NCBI GenBank assembly: GCA_951406725.2
Contig: OX597832.1
Span: 52,390,001-52,454,000, forward strand
Reading direction: 5' to 3'
DNA length: 64,000 nucleotides
Source of the DNA: Octopus vulgaris
Lineage: Eukaryota
Shown here piece after piece: positions 1-12,720 of the stretch (positions are counted from its first letter, which is position 1; each line of letters begins with the position of its first letter). The notes beneath the pieces are model-generated. The model was not told where the DNA came from and ran no database searches. It saw only the letters and a list, made by a program, of their open reading frames with translations. Position numbers and translations under genes: made by a program.

Positions 1-1
1 T

Positions 2-280
2 TACGGCTGTGCCATCGGTAAGGCTCGCCAGACAGCGAAAACCGAAATCGAAAAGCTGAAAACCAAAGATATGCCTATTACTGAAGTAGTGAAAGAAGTA
101 GCTAAAATTATCCATGTTGTCCACGACGAAATCAAAGACAAAGCTTTTGAATTGGAATTAAGTTGGGTTGGAGAACACACTGGTGGAAAACACGAACTTG
201 TACCAACACATATTTTAGAAGAAGCCGAAACCGCTGCTAAGAACTTCCTCAGGGTCGCAGACGACGACGGAGAAGAGTGA
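2..280 (+). CDS. PSMA3: Proteasome 20S subunit alpha type-3 (alpha7), C-terminal part; 5' truncated by the window edge
   Basis: Frame from nt 2 reads [68 protein letters not shown]...DDDGEE*. GCAIGKA, [21 protein letters not shown] and the acidic tail are diagnostic of alpha7. AATAAA at about 423-428. Confidence 0.93.
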   Translation, partial: YGCAIGKARQTAKTEIEKLKTKDMPITEVVKEVAKIIHVVHDEIKDKAFELELSWVGEHTGGKHELVPTHILEEAETAAKNFLRVADDDGEE

Positions 281-619
281 ATCGAACTGTTGACTCTTAT
301 TTTTGTATTTTTTAAGCTAAGAATGACTGAATGTGTTTCGATTTCACATCATTATAGAACTGAAGGCGGAAAGTAGTTTCAGTAATGTTTTTTTCTACTG
401 CTTTTTCGCCTGCATTCCGATCAATAAATACCAAGTTGTCATTGAAAACATCATTTCTTTTCCTCCTGTTTTTGCTGTATTTTATTGTAAAATAATTTTC
501 AAGAGGTAGGTCAATATTATTCTTAAACGTTTTTCGGTTCTTTTGTTAAAATTGTAGGCAAGTCTTCTTTGTGTTAAATGCTTTATTCTTATCTTTTTTT
601 AATGTACATATTATAGACG

Positions 620-945
620 TAGGCATGGCTACGTAATAAGAGGTTTGCTCTCCAACCACGTAATTACGGGTTCGGTCCCACTGCGTGGCACATTGGACAA
701 GTGTCTTCTACTACAGCCCCGGCCCGACCAAAAAAAGCCTTGTGAATGGATTTGATAGACTGAAACTGAAAGAAGCTCGCCATAGATGTGTTCCCGTTAC
801 TTAGCTATTCGGCAATAGAGATCGATAGAATAAATACCAGCCTTAAAAGAAATAAGTGCTGGGGTAGATTTGTTCGACTAAACCCATTCAAGGCGGTGCC
901 CCAGCATGACCGCACTCCAATTACTGAAAACAAGTAAATAAAATA
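620..945 (+). mobile_element. tRNA-derived SINE, family A (CR1-like tail)
   Basis: Head with B-box GGTTCGGTCCC, body caagtgtcttctactacagcc...aaactgaaagaagc, tail ggcggtgccccagcatg...gactgaaa; more than 10 related copies in the window. Confidence 0.75.
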
Positions 946-1684
946 ATAAAAAAAAACGTTGCAGTAAAATGGTTGATAAATCGATTTTAACTTGCAATTC
1001 AACCGGATGTCAAGATTCCCCGACAAAAACCGGCACGGAAACAAAAACAACGAAATAGATGCAATATTTATAAAAGTGATTTGGCGAAGGTAAAGACTTA
1101 CACACGCCACCCGTTTTCGGCGGTTAGGGCTTACCGTTGAGCCGAAGGTAAAGAATACGCACACCACCCGTTTTCGGCGTGGACAAAATAACATTGCCTG
1201 ATGTAATAGAATTATTGAAAGGTTACTTGAATTTCTGAATAGTCTACATTGTTGACAGTAAATAGTTTCAGTTGTTGATATAGAATTAATAGTTATACGT
1301 GATTTAATCGGAGCTAATGCAGTTTCGAAACTGCATAGAGTACAACTTTGAGGACAGGAAATACACAATCCGCCAGACCTTCCGTGTATTTCAGTTTCCG
1401 TTCTTTATTCTTCAATTTTTATCTTCAGATTTTATTTCTCGTTGGATTGCCCTTTAAGGTAGGAGATTGCTTTGTTAAAAATCTTGTTAGGCATTTTACG
1501 GTAATTTTTTTTTTTACCAAAATTTACCCATCTGGTATACATTTATTGAGCTTTTTAAAGTTCGACTCTTTGCTTCCTGTGAGGTAATTATTTATGTTAT
1601 GACTCTGCAGTAATTAATGGCAATAAAAAGACGGCGTAACTTCGGTATAGGTACTGGAAGTACCGGATACATTTCAAGAAAGTG

Positions 1685-1726
<42 letters not shown>

Positions 1727-2699
1727 GGGTTAGGGGTGGGAGAAAAGGGTTTCTGTTATCTTCAGAAATGTATACAAAGTCACTTACGGTACGTATACCG
1801 AAGGATCACCAAAAGACCTTAAAATATTGGGTAAACGACTGAGAATTGAAGTATAAACGAAATATTGTTTACTTTGGGGGTTAAACAGTAGTTTCGTTTT
1901 AAAAACACGTGTTTTACGAGGAGAGAAAAAAAAATTTGGGTAATTGAAAAGTATTTAATTAAAATTGGTAACAACAACAAAGAAATAAGATGTAAATGAT
2001 TGTAAGTCGGCAGAAATTATGAACTTCAGTGTCATTTCTGTAGTTAAACAATATTTTTTTCGTTTCAATATTACAAGTAAACCCTGTTGTTTTTATACAC
2101 ACCCCTTGTCATCTAAAATTGTACCGTAAAAGGGCAGCCGAAACGAAAATCCCATTCTCTTTTAGCAGGAATTTCTTGATACCGCAGATGGGCTTCGGTG
2201 AATGTATGGAATTCTTGTTACCCCTAACTAATCTGACACTTCCTACCAGTGAGGACACCATTTTAGTTCTTTCTTAAGATGATTGTGTTTATTAATGTTG
2301 AATTAAGATAGATTCCATTCTTGTCAAAAGCAATATTATTTTGATTTATACTTATGGCAAAATCTTTCCAAATGCTTTGTGTGTATTTTCACTGATAAAA
2401 CAGTTATTTTCCTATTTGAACAGAGGAGTCACAGTCATGGTGGGCATGAATGGAAGAGTTAGGAGTCGAAGATTTTATGTGCCTATGCCACAGCCCTGGA
2501 GTTGAAGGATGACATCTTCATGGGAATCCTACTGTCCAGACAAAACCTGTGGTTGACTCTAGAGGCTAACGGTGTTTACTGCAATTGAACATTAGAAGAA
2601 GATTTAGTTTGTCTTGGGTAATGGTTTCTTGCAATTCTCTATAGATGGTTATAGTATCTGACGAAACTAGAATTGTGAAGACCTGTTGACTCAAGTGAA

Positions 2700-3160
2700 A
2701 TCGAAATCAAATTCGAGGACCTTCATCCGTGCTAGTGGAGCGCTAAGTGTACCGTACAAGCGTGATCGTTGCCAGAGCAACAAACTAGCCTCCGTGCCGG
2801 TGGCACGTAAAAAGCTCCATTCAAGCGTGATCGTTACCTGCATCGCCTTACTGGCACGTGAAAAAGCATTCGAGTGAAGTTGTTGTCAGTGCCGCTGTAC
2901 TGGCTCCTGTGCAGGTGGCACATAAAAAGCACCATTTTGAGCGTGGCTGTTACCAGTACCACCTGACTGGCCCTTGTGCTGGTGGCACATAAAAGGACCC
3001 ACTACACTCTCGGAGTGGTTGGAGTTAGGAAGGGTATCCAGCTGTAGAAACTCTGCCAGATCAGATTGGAGTCTGGTGCAGTCATCTGGTTCGCCAGACC
3101 TCAGTCAAACCGTCCAACCCATGCTAGCATGGAAAGCAGACATTAAACAATGATGATGAT
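2700..3160 (+). mobile_element. RTE-type 3' UTR/tail repeat
   Basis: Repeated ggtggcac(g/a)taaaa units, then ggaagggtatccagctgtagaaac...ccaacccatgctagcatggaaagc...(gat)n. The same tail follows the RTE fragment at about 37000-37150 and recurs at 44244-44500 and 47800-47940. Confidence 0.65.
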
Positions 3161-3936
3161 AATGTCATGGGTTACAAATGTGATTTTATGAACACTTAAC
3201 TCTTTAGCATTCAGATTACTCTGTCAAATGTAATGGTTATTTATTCAAATTCATTTGAATTAGTCTAGTATAGAGTTTCTTTCCTTTCTGGAAACTCGCT
3301 GCGTACCTGCAGCTGATGGTTTGCAGACCACCACTTTGAGTAGCACTAGTGTAGATTCCTTTCCCTGTTCTTTTTTTTGTCTTGCAAATAACTTGGTGAT
3401 CTTGTGGGTACCAGTGACGGGAATAAAACACTCAGTGCACTCTAATGTAGTGAAAGAAAAGGCATCCAGCCATAGGAAATGACGCCAAAGCTGACGTTGG
3501 AGCTCAGCACAGTCCTATGGCTTGCCAGCTCCTGTCAAACCGTCCAAACCATACCAGTCCGGAAAGCAGATGCTAAATAAATATGATATGGATGATAGAT
3601 ATGTGTGTGTGTGTGTGTATTTATATCTTGTCTTGACTTTGTGCTGATTGGGAACAAAGTCACCATTCTTACAGAAACAGTGTCATTTGTTTTAATCATC
3701 CATGGAAACATATTTGGCTGTTGATCTGCTTTTGCTTGTAAGCTTAGGGGAAATATTACCTTACTTAGAAACAGGTGAGGATTAGCAACAGGTAGTGTGT
3801 CTGGTCATTGAAAATTTGTCCCAGTAAAGCTGGTCTGATTCATACAAAGGTGAAAACATAAGCATTAAAATAATGATAATTAATGTACGATAATGAATAC
3901 CTCACAAATAAAATGTATTGGTTTTTGATCTGCTGA

Positions 3937-4320
3937 GGCAGCGAGCTGGCAGAAATGTTAGCATGCTGGGCAAAAAGCGTAGCCGTATTTCGTCTGCTGT
4001 TACGTTCTGAGTTCAAATTCCGCCGAGGTCGACTTTGCCTTTCATCCTTTCGGGGTCAATTAAATATGTACCAGTTACGCACTGGGGTCGATGTAATCAA
4101 CTTAATCCGTTTGTCTGTCCTTGTTTGTCCCTTCTATATTTAGCCCCTTGTCGGTAGTAAAGAAATAGGTATTTCGTCTGCCGCTACGTTCTGAGCTCAA
4201 ATTCCGCCAATGTCGACTTTGCCTTTCATCCTTTCAGGGTCGATAAATTAAGTACCAGTTGCATACTGAGGTTGATCTAATCGACTGGCCCCCACCTTGT
4301 GCCCAGAGTAGAAAAGAATA
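3937..4320 (+). mobile_element. Composite SINE of family B (tRNA head, Tx1-like tail) followed by a second SINE body
   Basis: gagctggcagaaa...gagttcaaattccgccgaggtcgac...tagccccttgt..gtagtaaagaaata, then a restart at ggtatttcgtctgcc; same layout at 11945-12340. Confidence 0.75.
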
Positions 4321-5126
4321 TTGTTGATCTGCTGAAGACTAGCAGGCCGGAACTTCAAAGTCACAGCCAACACTATTCTTGTAAATGAATTATATATATC
4401 AGCAAAGAGACCGATAGAATAAGTCCATGGCTTTAGAAAATGAAAATAAGTCCTAGGGTCAATTTGTTTGACTAAAAACCATTCAAGGCAGTGCTCCAGA
4501 TTGGCTGCTGTCAAATGACTGAAACAAATAAAAGAATATATATCTTGTTCCAATGTCTTTTTTATTTTGATATGGCTTCTGCAGCTGTTAGATCTTCGTA
4601 ATGTCAGTCACTTAACGGAGTGTACTGGGTTTTTTTTTTTATTTCATTTTATTTGTTATCATTATTCTTTTGGAAAGAATCAGCATTTGGTGATGTTACT
4701 TGCAATTTGCAAATTAAAGAACTCCATCGACTGAGAAGTATAGAGGATAGAACAGTTGCTTTATGTGAGCTGGTGAGAGGTAAATGTATATATATATATA
4801 TGGAGCAGGCACAGGTTGATTGCTGTGAAGGAAATTCATGGCTACCTTTACATGGCTGAGTAGAGGTGGCTGCAGAGGTGCTGTTGGGAAGTAAATATGG
4901 TGATGAGGTACCAGAATGTACCTCTGAATAACGTTCAAGGTGTATAGAAGAGTATGGAAGCAGGTGAACCAGGAAGAGTTGTTACTGATTGTGTTTCACC
5001 TTTCAAATAATGTGAACAATAAACCAACTTAATCAGAAGAGGAATGACAGTTTATGTGTGTGTGCATACACGTATGTGTACATGTATGTATACATGCATG
5101 CATATATATATATGGAAGTGTGCATA

Positions 5127-5600
5127 TACAGGGTGGCCCAAAAGTAGGTTTACAGTTATCATGTAAGCACTTGAAATTTCTTTTTAAACATTCTATTACA
5201 TTTAAATTTCTATCTTACAATCATATTGTTTTGACACATCTTAAACAGACAATGTTTAATCTCCCAGATGCTCAAAGTGTCCTCCTTCAACACAGCAACA
5301 TTCTTCAAACCTCTTCAGAACACTGACACACAGTGCGGCACAAATTCCGATCTCCATCAATTTCAGTGAATGTGTCGGATATGTAATCTTTTAATTCATT
5401 TACTGTTTTGGGACTCTTATAAACCTTGTTCTTTACAACACCCCAAAAATAGAAATTCATTGGTGTCAGGTCAGGTGAACGTGGTGGCCATTTGATACTG
5501 CCCCGTCTTCCAAACCAATGCTGTGGAAAGGCTTTGTTGAGGTAGTCTCTTACTGTTAACGCATAATGTGGAGGTGCTCCATCTTGCTGAATAATGGTTT
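5127..5600 (-). mobile_element. Tc1/mariner-superfamily transposase remnant with one TIR
   Basis: Minus strand encodes QQDGAPPHYALTVRDYLNKAFPQHWFGRRGSIKWPPRSPDLTPMNFYFWGVVKNKVY (QDGAP and WPPRSPDL motifs); TA+CAGGGTGGCCCAAAAGT terminus. Confidence 0.8.
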
Positions 5601-6690
5601 CATATTTTTTTTATAATTGAGATCTAAACTGTTAATATATGAATGCAAAAGAGATGGTTGAATGACTGTAAACCTTCTTTTGGGTCACTCTGTATATATA
5701 TATTTATGTATGTGTGTGTGTATGGAAGGAGGGACATCAAATGGTAATATAGGGAAGTTGTGGAAGAGCCCCAGGAAAAAATAGGATGAAGTTTTGAAAG
5801 CCAACCTCAAAATGTTGAGCCTTACAAAGGAGGTGACAGAGGACTGCGGTGCGTGGTGCACTGCTATACTCAAGAAGACCCTCCCACCATAACAGTTGAG
5901 ATTGTAAAACCAAGGTATCATGTAAAAAGCATTGGTGTGGGTGCTGGTGCCACATGAACACCCACAGTACATTGTGTAAAGCGGTTGGCATTAGGAAGGG
6001 CAACCAGTCATAGAAACTAAGCAAAAACAAACTATGGAACCCAGTGTGGGCCCTGTCTTTGCCAGTTCTTGTCAAGTTGTCCAACCCATGCCAGCATGGA
6101 AAACAAGCATTAAATGTGGATGATGGTATATAATATATGCACATGTACTAAGTATTTTAAAATAAATGATGGGCAGATAGTTGCACCAAAGCATTTATAA
6201 AATAGTTATACAGAGGTGAGTATAAATATATTTAAGCAGAAAAATAGGACAATCAGGTAAGCAAAAGTTCATAGTTCTTTATAGATTGGTAGATATCCTG
6301 AAACTTCATACTCTAATATCACAGATGAAAGAATGATGATATAATTTAAATTTGTGTTATTTCACATGGATTTGTTAACTCCAACTTACTACATCTACAT
6401 GTAACTGGCACTCCATAAGTTACATAATCGGACACAGACAGTGTGTCATTAGCCAGCTGGACGAAATGTCTTCTTGGGGCTAAAAACAACAGTAGCATCA
6501 TCCTCTATGGGACTGCCACATTAAGTTGGCGAATATATTTTACCATATATATATATGTATATATAAAACCACAATAAATTCAGGGTGAATACTTGATAAA
6601 TGTAAGCACCTGTATATGCCAGCTAGTAGCATAGGTGATAGGATATATGTATCAAATGAAATAAATGAAAAACAGGACACAAAGGATGTT

Positions 6691-6783
6691 GCGGTACATT
6701 TGTTTTGGGCTTTATAGAACAACTTATTCTTACATCAATGCATAATCGACATAACAGATAGTTCAAAAGCCTTCTTCAGCCGC
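6691..6783 (-). ncRNA. Type I hammerhead ribozyme fold (Penelope-like), core mutated, long stem II
   Basis: Minus: GCGG-CUGAAGA-AGGCUUU...(about 50 nt)...AAAGCCC-AAAA-CAAAUG-UA-CCGC. The inverted copy at 6938-7032 keeps the canonical GAAA-CAUAUG-UA-CCGC. Confidence 0.65.
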
Positions 6784-7174
6784 GTGCAATTGCTACACCA
6801 AAGACTTGTATCACCTTATAAAAGGTTTGAGAAAAAACATTTGGTATTGTTTATTATGATAGGTAAACCAAGTATCATTGGGAAAGTATGTTTGTAAATC
6901 TTCATAGGCGTACATGGTATTATTAGACTCCAAAAAATGATGTAAGAATAAGTTGTTCTATAAAGCCCGAAACATATGTACCGCAACAACCTTTGTGTCC
7001 TGTTTTTCATTTATTTCATTTGATACATATATATATAAAACAATATTCGTAGCAACTTTAACATGACTGTCCATTTGAATGGACTCTACTGCGATTTTTT
7101 AAACCTAAGAGGACATTTCTAGCTAGTTAACGATGCACAGCTGCGTCTGATAAATTGTGAGTAATTTTGGGTGT

Positions 7175-7184
7175 GTGTGTATGT

Positions 7185-7215
<31 letters not shown>

Positions 7216-7404
7216 ATATATATATGTATGTATATATATATATATTACATATGTATGTATATATATATATACATATGTATGTATATATATATATATATAT
7301 TATGTATGTATGTATATATATATGCATATGTATATATATATATATGCATGTATATATATGTATATATGCATGTATATATATATGTATGTATATATGTATG
7401 TATG

Positions 7405-7440
<36 letters not shown>

Positions 7441-7750
7441 TGTATATATATTATGTATATATATATTATGTATATATATTATGTATATAAATTATGTATA
7501 TATATAATGTGTATGTACATATATAAAGATGTATATATATGCATATATATATGTATGTAGATATATAAATATGTACATATATATATATATGCATGTATAT
7601 ATATATATGTATGTATATATATATGTATGTATATTATGTATATAAATTATGTATATATATATGCAGATGTATATATATATGCATATATGTAGATATATAA
7701 ATATGTACATATATATGTATGTATGTGTGTGTGCATAGATAGATATAGAC
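7175..7750. repeat. (TA)n/(TATG)n compound microsatellite
   Basis: Seen directly; similar tracts at 16490-16830, 42700-43020, 48090-48370 and 51495-52095. Confidence 0.95.
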
Positions 7751-8074
7751 AGTTTTTGTCTCCTATTAAAAGGTCTGTACATATATATCATCGTGGAAGT
7801 TATCTCCCTTCCAACACTCTGCAACTTCTCAAACGGCGTGACATCAACAGGGCAAGTTAAAAAGTTGTCTGAAACTTTTGGATGGACTTTGCAACTTGAA
7901 GGAAACTCCTAGATTTTGTTTCGATACTGGCTGCTTTACCCTTTAACCATAGCATTGTAATATATTTATCAACCAACAATGAATTTGACACCGTTCAATG
8001 TATGGGTCTGCTCTTTATTTTGGACTTAGAATTCCAGGAGCACTTGTATGTATGTACGCGTGTGCGGATATAAA

Positions 8075-8300
8075 TCCTTTAGCCCGAAGGCCGCGGCCAA
8101 GCTGGGGCACTTCCGCTGAATGAGCTACACTAATATGCGAATCCACCTCTGATACGTGGCACTTGGTCAACAAGGGAGTTCGATGCCGCTGCCCGCATCT
8201 GTGTCTCCTGTCGTGAGGTAAGTTCATCTGGGACCCCCGACAAGAAGAGATCCAGTTTAGTTTTAAAGAAGCCCATATCCACATCATGCAAGTCTCTCAG
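8075..8300 (-). mobile_element. CR1/L2-group LINE 3' end
   Basis: Minus strand reads LRDLHDVDMGFFKTKLDLFLSGVPDELTSRQETQMRAAASNSLVDQ, homologous to 61461-61706. Confidence 0.7.
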
Positions 8301-8944
8301 GCATGATTTTTTATTTTTTTCTTGTCTCAGTCATTGGACTGCGGCCATGCTGGGGCATAACCTAAGTCGAATTAATCGGCCCTAGCAGTCATTTTTTTTT
8401 TCAAAGCATGACACCTATATCGATCTCGTTTTTTTCCGAGCCGTTAAGTTGCGAGGACGTAAATAAACGGACACCGGTTATCAAGCGGTGGTGTAGCACA
8501 AGCACAAAGAGAAGAGAGAGACAAATACATACACGCGAGTATATAGGACGGGATTCTTTCAGTTTCCGTTTACCAAACCCCCACGTGCAAGGCTTTGGTT
8601 GGCCCTGAGCAATAGCAGAAGATACTTGCTGAAGGTGCCACGCACTGGGATTGAACCTTCAGAAACATGTAGTTGTGAAACAAACTTCTTATCACACAGC
8701 CACCGCTGTTCCTGCCGCGCAGTGACGCCATGTGTGTGTGTGTGTGTGCATGCGTTTATAGATACATACAGGCGTAGCTGTGTAGTTAAGAAGTTTGCCT
8801 CCCAACTACGTTGTTTCGGGTTCAGTTCTACAGCTCGGCACCTTGGGTGTCTTCCACAATAATTCTGGGTTGGCCAAAGCTTGTGAGAGGATTTGACTAA
8901 CGGAAACTGAAAGAAACCTGTTGTATAATTATATATGTCATTAT

Positions 8945-9350
8945 AGGCGCAAGAGTGGCTGTGTGGTAAGTAGCTTGTTTAACAACCACATGGTTCTGGG
9001 TTCAGTCCCATTGCGTGGCACCTTGGGCAAGTGTCTTCTACTATAGCCTCGGGCCGACCAAAGCCTTGTGAGTGGATTTGGTAGACGGAAACTGAAAGAA
9101 GCCCGTCGTATATATGTATATATATGTATGTGCGTGTATGTTTGTGTGTCTGTGTTTGTCCCCCTAGCATTGCTTGACAACCGATGCTGGTCTGTTTATG
9201 TCCCCGTCACCTAGCGGTTCGGCAAAAGAGACCGATAGAATAAGTACTGGGCTTTCAAAGAATAAGTCCCGGGGTCGAGTTGCTCGATTACGGGCGGTGC
9301 ACCAGCATGGCCGCAGTCAAAATGACTGAAACAAGTAAAAAGAGAGAAAA
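8945..9350 (+). mobile_element. Full-length SINE, family A
   Basis: ggcgcaagagtggctgtgtggtaag (A box), ggttcagtccc (B box), internal microsatellite, tail ggcggtgcaccagcatggccgcagtc...gactgaaacaagtaaaa. Other copies at about 9525-9890(+), 23075-23530(-), 28730-29127(-), 39035-39415(-) and 49600-49975(+). Confidence 0.85.
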
Positions 9351-10539
9351 GAGTATGTGTATGAGCGTTTTGTGTCCCCTTATCAAGACATTGGATGATT
9401 GTTGCAAATGAATGCCTTTCGTTTCCAATCTTCTACGAAAACATGTCTAGCCGTAGGGAAATATCACCTTGCTTGAAAACAGGTAAGGGTTGGTGACAGG
9501 AAGGGTATCCGGATGTCGAAAATCTGGGCAAGTGTCTTCTACTATAGCCTCGGACCGACCAAAGCCTTGTGAGTGGATTTGGTAGACGGAAACTGAAAGA
9601 AGCCCGTCGTATCATCATCATCGTTTAACGTCCGTTTTCCATGCTAGCATGGGTTGATATCTATATGTTTATATATGTGTGTGTTTGTGTGTCTGTGTTT
9701 GTCCCCCCAACATTGCTTGACTACTGCTGCTGGTGTGTTTACATCCCCGTAACTTAGCGGTTCGGCAAAAGAGACGGTAGAATAAGTACTAGGCTTACAA
9801 AGAATAAGTCCTGGGGATCGATTTGCTCGACTAAAAGGCAGTGCTGCAGCACGGCCACAGTCAAATGACTGAAACAAGTAAAAGAGTAAATTCCGATATG
9901 ATTGGTATCTATACCATATGAAAGGTATTTGTAGAAAATTTCATTGAAAAATATCTATTTTTCTGAAAGTTATGAAACACAGAGGGCGGCGGTGGTGGCA
10001 GGGCTGGTGCTGTTGTTGTTGTTGGTGGTGGTGGTGGTGGAACACTTGTGTTTGAATGTCTGATATTTTACGACCAGGAAACACATAAAGCTTGACGTAT
10101 ATAGTCGTAAATTTGTGTATGTTAACTGGGTGAGGGTGGAGGTGATGTTTGTTCTGTCCCTGGCAACGGTGTTATTGTTGATGTGGTTTCGTTGCTAAGA
10201 AATTTAGGCATCGAATGTAAACATCGAATGCGGCAGGCGAACAATATTGAAAAATAATGTCACCCAAGAAACCAATTATTTTAAAAATAACACAATAGAA
10301 AACTATTGTGGACAACGTCTTTGTTGCAGATTACGATATTTGGTCAGATAATGAGAAAGTAAAATGTAGTTTGTCGTAAACAGAGAAGATAACACGTCTA
10401 AAATGAATCCTTACATCTTACGGACATATGGCCTTGGGCCGAAACAGAACACGTGTAATTATCCATTGTGGGATTACAGGTAGGTGCCAAAAAATAATCA
10501 GTTTGTAGGCAATATTTCGGTAAAAGTCTATGATGTCAT

Positions 10540-10690
10540 GAGTACGTGCGTGCGTGACGTTGTCCTTCGTATTGCGCGATAGAGCTGAGCAGTTAAACAC
10601 TCAGTCGAGCACACGCACTCACTCGTAGCTGACGTCATATACTAATACCGAAACACTGCCAGTTTGTATAATCACGGCGAGGTCAACGAA
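10540..10690. promoter_or_regulatory. CpG-rich promoter-like patch with a CRE site
   Basis: Local CpG enrichment in AT-rich DNA, perfect TGACGTCA at 10630-10637 and a half-site at about 10555. The gene it serves is unproven (possibly the FAM124 5' UTR). Confidence 0.35.
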
Positions 10691-10709
10691 ATGGTATGTT
10701 TAGTTGCTA

Positions 10710-10873
10710 GTTGTGAGTTCAAATTCCGCCGAGGTCGACTTTGCCTTTCATCCTTTCGGGGTCGATAAATTAAGTACCAGTTAAGCACTGTGGTCGATAT
10801 AATCGACTTAATACCTATGTCTGTCCATGTTTGTCCCCTCTATGTTCAGCCCCTTGTGGGTAATAAAGAAATA
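10710..10873 (+). mobile_element. 5'-truncated SINE B with 17-bp TSD
   Basis: GGTATGTTTAGTTGCTA is repeated at 10693-10709 and 10874-10890. Confidence 0.85.
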
Positions 10874-11380
10874 GGTATGTTTAGTTGCTAATTTATTAAT
10901 TGAGCTTTTAATTAATGACAAGCGAGCGGATATATTGGAAGATTGCGGCGTCAAAACGAGGGGAACAGATTGTTGCTACCAAATTCGCGGACGGTGAAGG
11001 TGATGGAAGCTGAGTTTGTGAAGTGAAAGAGATCGAAGGTTAAAAAAAAATTGAGTGAATTATACAACAATAAGTGTGAAAGGAATTAAAGGGAACGGTC
11101 CCAAGATCTAATAGCCTTCCGTTCCAGGTTCGCCCCAATAATCGACTTGACATTGGTGCTAACCAATATTCTTTTAGTGGTGAACTTGAGCGGGAATTCT
11201 ACAGTCTGTTCCGAGGAAAGGAGGCGGTAGGATGTTGACACATAAACGGAAACTCCATGGAATAGATTCAAGTAAACTATCAGGAGCGGTGCCTTAGGGA
11301 TTTAATTCGATTAAACTAAGAAAAGATTCTTTTTTTTTTTTGAGATTGTTTTTAATTTCATTTTTAGATTATTTGTTATA

Positions 11381-11940
11381 TATTGGGTTGTCCGGAAAGT
11401 TCGTGCCGATTTCTAGTAACTTACCTTTCGACTTATTTTACAACATGGTTGAGTCCATAAAATAGGATTTGACTACACCTCCATTTAGATCTATCTTTTC
11501 ATGGAAGAAGGTTTATGTTCTTATAACCTGTGTTAATTCTGTAACCCTTTAAAATGGAAGATAAGAAAGTTCCTTTTCGGCACTTGATGCTTTGGGAACC
11601 AGACAAACATTGCTGCAGCTCGGCTGGGATGTGTTACCGTACCGTCCATATTCGCCGGATGTTGCTCCTTCGGATTTCCACTTATTCAGGTCTCTGCAGA
11701 ATAGTCTTAATGGTAAAAATTTCAATTCCTTGGATGACGTAAAAGGATACCTTGATGAATTGTTTGCCATGAAACCACCTCAATTCTGGGAAGAGGGTAT
11801 TTTCAATTTAAAGAAAAGATGGAAATGCATTGTGCAACAAAATGGTTCTTATTTGGTTGATTAAAAATGTAATGGCAAGTATCTACTGACCCTTTTTCTT
11901 TCCTTTAAAAATCGGCACGAACTTTCCGGACAACCCAATA
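11381..11940 (+). mobile_element. Internally deleted mariner element
   Basis: TA TSD and TIR TTGGGTTGTCCGGAAAGTTCGTGCCGATTT. The N-terminus MEDKKVPFRHLMLWE is fused out of frame to the C-terminus LGWDVLPYRPYSPDVAPSDFHLFRSLQN (YSPDLAPSD motif). Confidence 0.92.
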
Positions 11941-12350
11941 CATTAGGGTAGCAAGCTGGTAGAAACGTTAGCACGCTGGGCGAAATGCGTAGCCGTATTT
12001 CGTCTGCCTTCACGTTCTGAGTTCAAATTCCGCCGAGGTGGACTTTGCCTTTCATCCTTTCGGGGTCGATAAATTAAGTACCAATTACGCACTGGGGTCG
12101 ATGTAATCGACTTAATCCCTTTGTCTGTCCTTGTTTGTCTTCTCTGTGTTTAGTCCCTTGTGGGTAGTAAAGAAATGGGTATTTCGTCTGCCGCTACGTA
12201 CTGAGTCCGCAGAGGTCGACTTCGCCTTTCATCCTTTCGGGGTCGATAAATTAAGTACCAGTTGCGTACTGGAGTCGATCTAATCGACTGGCCCCACCCC
12301 TTCCCCCAAAATCGGGCCTTGTGCCTAGCGTAGTAAAGATTTATTATATA

Positions 12351-12432
12351 CAGTAATCCCACGACTATCGCGGATGTTACGTTCCAAAATCCCCCGCGAT
12401 CGGTCAAAATCCGCGAAATAAAAACATAGCTG

Positions 12433-12483
<51 letters not shown>

Positions 12484-12720
12484 AGTAGTTGAATGAATTA
12501 TCTTATTATGGATAATTCGGTTAACCGATACCTGGGTAGCAAATTAACGTCAGGAAAACACGGTTGAAGCTACATGCCAAGGGCAGAGATCACGTGCTTT
12601 CGTGTGGAAATTTGTGTGTCTTTTTAATACAAATAAATGAAAGAATGGAGTTGAACGACGAATTAAGGAATTTTGAGAATAAAGGAATTTTATTAATTCG
12701 TCGTTCAACTCCATTCTTTC

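Noticed and set aside
2424-2570. Acceptor-preceded putative exon
   Set aside because: The frames checked stop quickly and no homology was recognised; may be UTR or LINE debris.
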